Below, piece by piece: positions 44,729 through 53,001 of a stretch of DNA of 64,000 nucleotides (its first letter is position 1; every line of letters starts with the position of its first letter). The DNA comes from Candidatus Eiseniibacteriota bacterium (lineage in GTDB: Bacteria; Eisenbacteria; RBG-16-71-46; SZUA-252), in assembly GCA_005893165.1 (NCBI GenBank), contig VBOR01000057.1, forward strand, positions 15,408 to 79,407, read 5' to 3'. The notes under the pieces were generated by a model. The model saw only the letters and a list, made by a program, of their open reading frames with translations. It ran no database searches and was not told the DNA's origin. Both the position numbers and the translations under genes were made by a program.

Positions 44729-46756
44729 GTGAGGCGCGAGAGCACTTCGTTCCGTCTCCTCCGCTATCTCCGACCGTATCGCGGGCGCCTCATCGTGACC
44801 GCGCTCCTCATGGTGGGGTTCGCGCTCTCGAGCGGGATCACGATCGGGATGATCTCCCCCTTCGTGAAGGTCCTCTTCACGCCCCGGCCCGCCGTGTCGG
44901 GCGGCGAGCATCCCGGCTCCGTCATCGCCGCAGGGCCGGGCGCGGGTCCTGCCGAGAAGGTCGTCCCCGGCGTGGCGGCGCTGGACGCGGCGCTCGGACC
45001 GGCGCCACGGGCCGCGGGCGGCACCTACGTTCCTGGAAGCGGGCTCGCCGGCCGCGTGAACGCGTGGAAGCAGGACCTCCGCACCTGGTTCGAGCACTTT
45101 TTCCTGACGGGGAATCCGCTCCGCTCGCTGACGCGAATCTGCCTCGCGCTCCTCGTGGTGTTTCTCTTGAAGAACCTCTTCGACTTTCTCCAGAACGTGC
45201 TCACCGTCTGGGTGGAGCAGGCCGTGGTGCGTGATCTCAGAAACGAGCTCTACGCGCACCTCCACGACCTCTCGCTTTCCTTTTTCCATTCGCGGCGGAC
45301 CGGGGCGCTCCTCTCGCGCCTCACCAACGACATTTCCCTGGTGCGCGGGGCGTTGGCAGCCGGATTCAGCAACGTCGTGAAGAGCGTACTCCTCCTCGCC
45401 GTGTGCCTCTTCTGGATCTTCTGGACCTCCTGGCGTCTCGCGCTCCTCTCGCTGATCGTGATCCCGCCCTCCCTGATGCTCATCGTGTGGCTCGGGAAGA
45501 AGCTCCGCCGGCGCAGCACGATCACGCAGGAGCGCATGGCGGACCTGAACGCGATCCTCTCCGAGACGCTCGGCGGGATCCGCGTGGTGAAGGCGTTCTC
45601 GATGGAGGAATTCGAGAAGCGCCGGTTCGCGGCCTCGGCGAACGATTATTTCCGGGCGTTCGTGAAGCAGCGGAGGCTCGGCGCGATGGCGGGACCGGTG
45701 TCGGAGTACCTGGGCGTCGTGGCGGCGACCGCAGTCCTCTGGTACGGCGGCCACGAGATCCTGCTCCAGCGCGCGCTCGAGCCGCAGCAGTTCTTCATCT
45801 TCCTCTTCGCGATGCTCCAGCTCATGAGCCCGCTCAAGTCCCTGAGCAACGTGAACGCGACGCTCCAGGAAGGGCTGGCCGGTGCGGTCCGGATTTTCAG
45901 GATCCTGGACACGGAGCCCGCGATCGTGAGCCGGCCGGGCTCCCGCCCTGCGTCGGGAATCCGCACCGGAATGGAATTCGATCGAGTGAGCTTCCACTAC
46001 GGGAGCGGGCCCGACGTGCTCCGGGACGTGTCCTTCTCGGTGCGGGCGGGGGAGGTGGTCGCGCTCGTGGGGCCGAGCGGAGCGGGAAAGTCCACGCTGG
46101 TGGATCTGGTCGCCCGCTTCTACGATCCCACGGAGGGGAAGATCCTCCTCGACGGGACCGACCTCCGGGACTACGAGGTGGGATCGCTCCGCCGGATGAT
46201 GGGGATCGTCACGCAGGACCCGCTCCTCTTCAACGACACCATCACGCGGAACATCGCCTACGGCGTGGCCGACGCGGATCCGGAGGCGGTTCGCCGGTCG
46301 GCCCAGGCCGCGAACGCGGACGGCTTCATCCGGGAGATGCCTGAGGGATACGAGACCAAGGTGGGGGACCGCGGCACGCGTCTCTCCGGAGGGGAGCGGC
46401 AGCGGATCGCGATCGCGCGGGCGATCTTCAAGGATCCGGCGCTCCTTCTTCTCGACGAGGCGACCTCCAACCTCGATTCCGAATCGGAGCTCCTGGTCCA
46501 GCAGGCTCTCGAGGTGCTCTTCCGGGGCCGGACCGTGTTCGTCATCGCGCATCGTCTCTCGACGATCCAGCGCGCGGACCGGATCCTGGTCATCGATCAG
46601 GGAAGGATCGTGGAAACCGGAACACACGCCGAGCTGGTGAATCGGCCGGGGCTCTATCAGAAGCTTCACCGGCTCCAGTTCCGCCTGGCCGAGAGCTCAT
46701 CCATCGGCGCGCTCTCCGGGCTTCCAGGGGCGTTCGCCGAGGGTCAGGCGGGCTAG
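44729..46756 (+). CDS. msbA: MsbA-like ABC exporter (TMD-NBD half transporter) with an insertion of about 85 aa in the first extracytoplasmic loop
   Basis: Six TM + NBD: Walker A GPSGAGKST, LSGGERQR, Walker B LLLDEATS; Pro/Gly/Ala-rich insert after TM1. Confidence 0.8.
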   Translation: MRRESTSFRLLRYLRPYRGRLIVTALLMVGFALSSGITIGMISPFVKVLFTPRPAVSGGEHPGSVIAAGPGAGPAEKVVPGVAALDAALGPAPRAAGGTYVPGSGLAGRVNAWKQDLRTWFEHFFLTGNPLRSLTRICLALLVVFLLKNLFDFLQNVLTVWVEQAVVRDLRNELYAHLHDLSLSFFHSRRTGALLSRLTNDISLVRGALAAGFSNVVKSVLLLAVCLFWIFWTSWRLALLSLIVIPPSLMLIVWLGKKLRRRSTITQERMADLNAILSETLGGIRVVKAFSMEEFEKRRFAASANDYFRAFVKQRRLGAMAGPVSEYLGVVAATAVLWYGGHEILLQRALEPQQFFIFLFAMLQLMSPLKSLSNVNATLQEGLAGAVRIFRILDTEPAIVSRPGSRPASGIRTGMEFDRVSFHYGSGPDVLRDVSFSVRAGEVVALVGPSGAGKSTLVDLVARFYDPTEGKILLDGTDLRDYEVGSLRRMMGIVTQDPLLFNDTITRNIAYGVADADPEAVRRSAQAANADGFIREMPEGYETKVGDRGTRLSGGERQRIAIARAIFKDPALLLLDEATSNLDSESELLVQQALEVLFRGRTVFVIAHRLSTIQRADRILVIDQGRIVETGTHAELVNRPGLYQKLHRLQFRLAESSSIGALSGLPGAFAEGQAG

Positions 46757-46759
46757 CCG

Positions 46760-47740
46760 GTGGCCCACCGCCGCGCGGCGGCGGTCCTCCGCTTCTCCTC
46801 CCTGGGGGACGTTCTCCTCGCCGCTCACGTTCCCGCATTTCTCAAGCAGGTGGATCGCGATCGCCGCGTGCTCTTCGTGACGAAGGAACGATTCGCGGGT
46901 CTTCTGCGAGGGCATCCGGACGTCGATCGCGTGTACGCCCTCGAGGAGCGCGGAAGCGATCCCGCGGCGCCCTCGACGGGTGTGGTGGGGAAGCTCGGGG
47001 TGCTGATCGCGGCACTGCGAGGGGACGGAGTCGAGGAGATCTTCGACCTGCACCAGAACTGGCGGTCCTCGCGAATCGTCACCGCGTTTCCCCAGGCGAA
47101 GCACGTCCTGCCTCCCAAGTACGGTCTGAGGCGCAGGCTTCGGGTGTACGCGCGATGGTTTCGCCCCGAGCCCGTGCCGCCGCTCCTCCGCACGTACCGG
47201 AGCGCCGCCGGGCTCGATCCCGACGCCCCGCTTTCCCCCTGGCTACGGAACGCGCTCTCCGAGGCGGAGCTTGCATGCGGCTCGGAGCAGGCGCCTGGGG
47301 GCTCGAGCGGCCGTGGGTTCGTCCTCCTCGGCGCGGGAGCGCGCTGGGAGACGAAGCGCTGGCCCGCGGCTCATTTCGCCACGCTGGCCCGGCGGATCGA
47401 GCGAGAGCTGGGTCTGGGGGTCCGCTACGCCGTGACCGGCGGGGAGCGGGCCGCGCAGGAGCTCGTCCCGCACCTCCAACGCAACGAGACACCGCTCTTC
47501 CTTCCGTTCCGGGAGCTCGCGGCCGTGGCGGCGCACGCGCGCGCCATCGTCTCCAACGATTCGGCCGTGCTCCACCTCGGCCCCGCTCTGGGAGTCCCGG
47601 CGGTGGGCATCTTCGGCGGGACCGTTCCCGAGTTCGGGTTCGCGAGGCAGGGTCCGCGGGACGAGGTGGCGGAGATCCGTCCCTGGTGCCGGCCCTGCGG
47701 GGCTCATCACGAGCTCCGATCCGGAGGGGCTCGCGCGCGC
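46760..47740 (+). pseudogene. GT9-family LPS heptosyltransferase; reading frame breaks within the last ~25 codons (near 47690-47705) and the conserved C-terminus continues in the frame of the downstream gene
   Basis: LRFSSLGDVLLA..., VLHLGPALGVPAVGIFGGT, ...WCRPCGAHHEL then garbage; a different frame reads GLITSSDPEGLARAVEQTIG. Confidence 0.6.
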
Positions 47741-47741
47741 C

Positions 47742-48617
47742 GTGGAGCAAACGATCGGGGAGCCGCTCCACTGGGCGCGTCTCGACGCGCCCGGCTTCGA
47801 GCAGGCAACGATCTGGTTCTGCGCGGGCGCTCCCCCCGAAACTCCGCTCCGGCTTCCGAAGCTTCGCTGGATCCAGAGCGGGTGGGCCGGGATCGAGAAC
47901 TGGTTCACGCGGCCGGAATGGACCGAAGAGGTCCTCCTGACGCGCACGATCGGCGATTTCCCCCAGCGGATCGCGCAGCACGTGCTCGGCTACATCCTCG
48001 CGCGGACGCTCCGGGTCGACGAGGCGCTGCGCGGGATGGCGGAGCGGAGCTGGAAGCGGTGGACCCCGGAATCGATCGCGGGGAAGAACCTCCTGGTCGT
48101 CGGCATGGGCGCCATTGGAGTCGAGGTCGCCGCGGTCGCGCGCGCCTTCGAGATGCACGTGGCCGGCGTGAGACGAGGGGACGACGGGCCGGTCCGGCGT
48201 CCGCTGGATTCCTCCGGCAGCCGGGAACTCCCGGCGCTCCTCAAGTGGGCGGATTTCGCGGTGAGCCTGCTTCCGCTCACGGAGGAGACGGAATCCTTCT
48301 GGAATGCGGAGCGCTTCGGCGCCATGAAGGCGGGCGCCGTCTTCATCAACGTCTCGCGCGGAGGGACCGTGGACGAGGCGGCACTCGTGCGCGGGCTCGC
48401 GCGAGGCCGCCCCGCGGCGGCGATCCTGGACGTGTTTCGCGAGGAGCCCCTTCCGGCCGAGCATCCGCTTCGCGGGAAGGACAACGTCTGGATCACGCCG
48501 CACGTCGCGGGCATCGGCACTCCCGAGGCGCTCGCCCGGGACTTCGCGGAGAACTACCGGCGGTTCCGTGCCGACGAGCCGCTGCAGAATCTCGTGGATC
48601 GCGTGCGAGGCTACTGA
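47742..48617 (+). CDS. D-isomer-specific 2-hydroxyacid dehydrogenase family protein lacking its N-terminal ~55 aa (5' end lost at the junction with the upstream GT9 gene)
   Basis: NAD site LLVVGMGAIGVEVA, catalytic ITPHVAG; homology starts at the KLRWIQSGWAGIENW region. Confidence 0.65.
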   Translation: MEQTIGEPLHWARLDAPGFEQATIWFCAGAPPETPLRLPKLRWIQSGWAGIENWFTRPEWTEEVLLTRTIGDFPQRIAQHVLGYILARTLRVDEALRGMAERSWKRWTPESIAGKNLLVVGMGAIGVEVAAVARAFEMHVAGVRRGDDGPVRRPLDSSGSRELPALLKWADFAVSLLPLTEETESFWNAERFGAMKAGAVFINVSRGGTVDEAALVRGLARGRPAAAILDVFREEPLPAEHPLRGKDNVWITPHVAGIGTPEALARDFAENYRRFRADEPLQNLVDRVRGY

Positions 48618-48675
48618 TCCTCTTGGAACCACGCTCCGCGAAGCCGATCCTCACCCGAGCTCGACCGGAAAGAGC

Positions 48676-48703
48676 TTGATTCCACGCGCGCGGCTTCCAT
48701 AAT
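48676..48703 (+). promoter_or_regulatory. Sigma-70-type promoter TTGATT-N16-CATAAT upstream of tdh-kbl
   Basis: Read directly in the 126-bp gap. Confidence 0.45.
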
Positions 48704-48788
48704 CCGATCTTGGGCCGTACGTTAGCTCACCGGGAGGAACCCTGTGACCCTCGAGACCACCACCCGCACGAACGTGAAGATCGACCGC

Positions 48789-49826
48789 ATGTGGGCCATC
48801 GAAAAATCGAAGCCCGAGGCGGGCCTGTGGAAGATCCAGGCCCCGATTCCGTCGGGCGGACCCAAGGACGTGCGCATCCGCGTGACCGCGTTCGCGATCT
48901 GCGGCACCGATCTGCACATCGTGGACTGGGACCGCTGGGCCGCGTCGCGCGTGAAGACGCCGCTCGTCTTCGGTCACGAGTTCACCGGGATCGTGGACTC
49001 GGTCGGGGCGGAGGTGAAAGCGGTGCGTCCGGGGGACCGCGTCACCGGGGAGACCCACGTGTACTGCGGTCTCTGTTACGCGTGCCGGCGCGGGCTCCAG
49101 CACCTCTGCTACAACGTGGAGATCCTGGGCGTCGACCGGCAGGGCGCCTTCGCCGACTACGTCCTCCTTCCGGAGCAGAACGTGTGGAAGCTCCACCCCG
49201 ACATTCCCGAGGAGATCGCGGCGGTGCACGATCCCCTGGGGAACGCGGTGCACACGGCGCTCGCCGGGCCGGTGGCCGGACTCAAGTTCGCGGTCTTCGG
49301 GTGCGGTCCCATCGGGTGCTTCGCGGTGGGCGTGCTCAAGGCATCGGGCGCCGCCTGGGTGGCCGCGGTGGACAAGAATCCCCTCCGCCTCGAGATCGCG
49401 GAGCGCATGGGGGCCGACCTCACCCTGAACGTCCAGCGCGATCCCATCGTGAAGACCATTCTGGCCTCGACGGACGGCCGCGGCGTGGACGGGATGCTCG
49501 AGATGTCGGGACACCCGAATTCCTTCCGCGAGGGATTCGAGGCGCTCGCGAACGGAGGCCGCGTCTCCCTGCTGGGCATCCCCAGCAAGCCGCTCGAGAT
49601 CGACGTGGCGAAGGAGATCATCTTCCGGGGAGCCGTCGTGCAGGGAATCAACGGCAGGCTCATCTTCGACACCTGGTACCGGATGGAGGCGTTGCTCCTG
49701 AGCGGCAAGCTCGACGTCAAGCCGGTGCTCACGCACGTGATGGGATGGTCCGACTTCGAGGAAGCGGTGGAGCTCCAGCGGTCGGGCAAGGCGGGGAAGA
49801 TCGTGCTGAAGCGGGACCATCCGTGA
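48789..49826 (+). CDS. tdh: L-threonine 3-dehydrogenase (zinc MDR family)
   Basis: Aligns to E. coli Tdh from the N-terminus; GHEFTG, catalytic Cys ICGTDLH, GCGPIG NAD motif. Confidence 0.85.
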   Translation: MWAIEKSKPEAGLWKIQAPIPSGGPKDVRIRVTAFAICGTDLHIVDWDRWAASRVKTPLVFGHEFTGIVDSVGAEVKAVRPGDRVTGETHVYCGLCYACRRGLQHLCYNVEILGVDRQGAFADYVLLPEQNVWKLHPDIPEEIAAVHDPLGNAVHTALAGPVAGLKFAVFGCGPIGCFAVGVLKASGAAWVAAVDKNPLRLEIAERMGADLTLNVQRDPIVKTILASTDGRGVDGMLEMSGHPNSFREGFEALANGGRVSLLGIPSKPLEIDVAKEIIFRGAVVQGINGRLIFDTWYRMEALLLSGKLDVKPVLTHVMGWSDFEEAVELQRSGKAGKIVLKRDHP

Positions 49827-50895
49827 GCGCGGGACCCGTGACCGAGCATCCGCTCCACTACCTCGACGAGGCGCTCCGGGAGCTGAGGCGGGACGGGCTC
49901 TACCGCACCCTCCGCGAGCTGGAAGGAGAGCAGCTTCCGCGTGCCCGCTTCGACGGACGGGAGGTCATCAATCTCTCCTCGAACAATTACCTCGGGCTCA
50001 CGACGCATCCCAAGCTCAAGGAGGCGGCCATCCAGGCGGTCCGGACGCTCGGCGCAGGCTCGGGCTCGGTCCGTACCATCGCCGGGACGATGAAGCTCCA
50101 CATGGAGCTGGAGCGGCGCATCGCGGCCTTCAAGAAAACCGAGGCCTCGGTGGTCTTCCAGAGCGGGTTCGCCGCGAACGCGGGCACGGTGAGCTCCCTC
50201 CTCGGCAAGGAAGACCTCATCATCTCCGACGAGCTGAATCACGCGAGCATCATCGACGGGGCCCGGCTCAGCCGCGCCCAGATCCGCGTCTTTCCGCACC
50301 GGGACGTGGAGGCGCTGGAGCGGCTCCTCGAGGAGACGCGCGACGTGAAGCGCCGGCTCGTGATCACGGACGGCGTCTTCAGCATGGACGGCGACGTAGC
50401 ACCTCTCCCCAAGATTGCCGCGCTCGCCCGGGCGCACGGCGCGATCATGATGATCGACGACGCGCATTCGAGCGGAGTCCTGGGGAAGGCCGGCCGCGGC
50501 ACGGTGGATCATTTCGACCTGCACGGCCAGGTCGACGTCCAGGTTGGCACGCTCTCCAAGGCGATCGGCGTCCTGGGAGGATACGTCTGCGGCTCGAAGA
50601 GCCTGATCGAGTACCGCGCCGCTTCAAGGCGGGACTGGCCCGGCTGGGATTCAACACGGGATCGAGCGAGACGCCCATCACCCCGATTCTCGTGGGGGAG
50701 GCGGATCTCGCGATGCGCTTCTCCGACCGGCTCTTCGAGCGAGGGGTGTTCGCCCAGGGAATCGGCTATCCCACCGTCGCGAAGGGGAAGGCGCGGCTCC
50801 GCACCATCGTCACGGCGACGCATACCGACGAGGACCTGGACCGCGCCCTCTCGATCCTGGGCGAAGTGGGACGGACGCTGGGCGTCGTTCCCTAG
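49823..50895 (+). pseudogene. kbl: 2-amino-3-ketobutyrate CoA ligase (glycine C-acetyltransferase), disrupted: frame change near 50610-50625 with about 45 codons missing
   Basis: Frame 2 ...NNYLGL...GTLSKAIGVLGGYVCGSKSLIEY; frame 1 resumes RFKAGLARLGFNTGSSETPITPILVGEADLAMRFSD... Confidence 0.8.
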
Positions 50896-50901
50896 AGGCG
50901 C

Positions 50902-51927
50902 GTGGCCTTGGGCCGTCCGCTCCTCGTCCGTCTCCCCAACTGGCTCGGCGATCTCGTTCAGGCCTGGCCCGTGGTCCAGGCCGCGGGCCTGGATCGCTCC
51001 CGTCCGGCCCTATTCCTGGGCCCCGCGTCCTTCGCGGCGCTGGTCGGGCCCCGATTCGCCTCCTCCGAATACATCTCCTGGTCGCGCGCGCGTCGCTTCG
51101 CCTCGGCGGGGGAGATCCGGCGCCGGCGGCCCGGAACGGCGCTCCTGCTCACCGACTCGCTCTCCTCGGCGATCCTTACGGCGCTCGCGGGCATCCCGGA
51201 ACGGATCGGGTACGCCGCCGAGTTTCGCGACCTCCTCCTGACACGCCGGGTCTCGCGAGGAATCCCTTCGCGCGCGGCGCCGCGCGTTCAGGAATACCTC
51301 CACCTCGCTCGCGCGGCCGGGCTCGAGGTCGAGGAGACGCTGCCGTCGATCGAGGCGCTCCAGGAAGACCGGGACGCCGCGGCCTCCCTCCGGCGACAGG
51401 CCGGCATCGAGGGGGAGCCGTTCGCGGTCCTGGCTCCGGGAGCAACCTTCGGCGCCGCCAAGCGATGGGAGCCCGCGAAATTCGCGGCGCTGGCCGCGGC
51501 GCTGCACGCCCGCGAAGGCGCGCGCTCGGTATTGGTGGGCGCGAAGGAGGATTCGGAGCCGGCCAGGGAGGTGGCCAGGATCGCGGGCGCCTGCACGGTG
51601 GATCTCGTCGGAGCGACCGATCTTCCGGCGCTCGTGGGGCTCCTGGACGCTTCCATCCTGGTGGCTTCGAACGACTCGGGGGTCATGCATCTCGCCGCCG
51701 CGCTTCGGAAGCCGACGGTCGGGGTCTTCGGCTCCACGAGTCCGGTGTGGAGCGCCGCCCTGGCACCCTGGGTCCGGTCGCTCTACGCGGCCTATCCCTG
51801 CTCTCCCTGTTTTCGGCGCACCTGCCCGATCGGATATGGATGCCTGCGCTCGATCGACGCCACGCAGGCCATCGGCGCCGCGGTCGAGCTCCTGGGTACC
51901 GCGCGCCTCCCGACTTCGGCTTCCTAG
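50902..51927 (+). CDS. GT9-family LPS heptosyltransferase (WaaF/WaaC-like), intact
   Basis: LVRLPNWLGDLV..., ...YPCSPCFRRTCPIGYGCLRSIDATQAIGAAVELL. Confidence 0.8.
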   Translation: MALGRPLLVRLPNWLGDLVQAWPVVQAAGLDRSRPALFLGPASFAALVGPRFASSEYISWSRARRFASAGEIRRRRPGTALLLTDSLSSAILTALAGIPERIGYAAEFRDLLLTRRVSRGIPSRAAPRVQEYLHLARAAGLEVEETLPSIEALQEDRDAAASLRRQAGIEGEPFAVLAPGATFGAAKRWEPAKFAALAAALHAREGARSVLVGAKEDSEPAREVARIAGACTVDLVGATDLPALVGLLDASILVASNDSGVMHLAAALRKPTVGVFGSTSPVWSAALAPWVRSLYAAYPCSPCFRRTCPIGYGCLRSIDATQAIGAAVELLGTARLPTSAS

Positions 51928-53000
51928 CGGGCGAACTTCCGGTAGGTGACGCCGTCGCTCTCGTACCCGTAGCGGCGGGCGAAGGCGGCGACCGTGGAGC
52001 GGGGCAGGAATCCCTCGCGTGCGAGCAGCTTGAGCTCCATGGGGTAGGAGCCGCGGACCGACCGGTAGACCTCGAGTGCGAGCGACAGGCGCTGCGATTC
52101 ATCGAGCGTGAGCACGTGTTCCGGCGCGCGCCGCACCGCGCGCTCCGCCTCGGAATAGAGCACCGGCGTCACGTACCTGCCGACCCCGTACGAGAGCGCC
52201 AGGATGACGATCGCCGCCGGGATCGCGAAGCTCCGCTTCGGACGCACGACGATCTTCTCTTCCACGATCGGCGTGACTTTCGGGGGCGCGGCGCCGAGAG
52301 AGATCTCGATGACGCCCAGCTCGAGCAGGTGATGCAGCGCCTCGTAGGCTTCGAACTCCACCAGCTTGGATTGCGCCACGATGTCGCGCAGCGGCCGGAG
52401 ACCGTCCACGAGCGGGAGCACCCGCTGCTCTGGTCCCGTCATCTCCTTCGGAGGCACCGCGAGCGCCTTGGGGCGGAGCACCATGGCCGGCGAGGAGAGC
52501 ACCTGCTTGTACCGGACGATCTCGTCCAGGCGGCGCATGGACTCCATGAGGAGCCCCTCGGTGTTCAGACGGACGTTGGCCGCGAACTTGGGGACCGTCC
52601 GGGAATCTCCGGAGAAGTGATAGGCGCCCTGCTTCCAGGTGAGGAGCTGGTGCATCGTGTCCTGGATCTGGTCCTGAATGGCCTGCCCAAGCTGCTCGCT
52701 CGTGACGTAGTTGCCGCTCAGGAGCACATCCGTGAGCTCGCGCCGGCTCTCGGCCTCGATGGTCTCGATCTGCTTGAGCTGGGCCTCGGTGATGTGGCCG
52801 GTCTGGACGAGGAACGCCTTGAGGGGATCGCGGGCGTTCCGGCGGCGGTCGCGCGTGGAGACGACGCGCCCGCCGTCGAAGAAGATGACGGCGACGTCGG
52901 ATCCCGCGCTCAGCTTGAGCACCCCGGACTTCTGCTGGACCGCGATCAATTGCAAGATTTCGGGGAGGCTGAAGTCGTCGAGGTTCCCCTGGAGCGCCAT
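51924..53000 (-). CDS. DUF4388 (PATAN-like) domain protein with a C-terminal transmembrane segment
   Basis: N-terminus MALQGNLDDFSLPEILQLIAVQQKSGVLKL...; one TM near the C-terminus; minus strand. Confidence 0.7.
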   Translation of the reverse strand: MALQGNLDDFSLPEILQLIAVQQKSGVLKLSAGSDVAVIFFDGGRVVSTRDRRRNARDPLKAFLVQTGHITEAQLKQIETIEAESRRELTDVLLSGNYVTSEQLGQAIQDQIQDTMHQLLTWKQGAYHFSGDSRTVPKFAANVRLNTEGLLMESMRRLDEIVRYKQVLSSPAMVLRPKALAVPPKEMTGPEQRVLPLVDGLRPLRDIVAQSKLVEFEAYEALHHLLELGVIEISLGAAPPKVTPIVEEKIVVRPKRSFAIPAAIVILALSYGVGRYVTPVLYSEAERAVRRAPEHVLTLDESQRLSLALEVYRSVRGSYPMELKLLAREGFLPRSTVAAFARRYGYESDGVTYRKFAR

Positions 53001-53001
53001 C

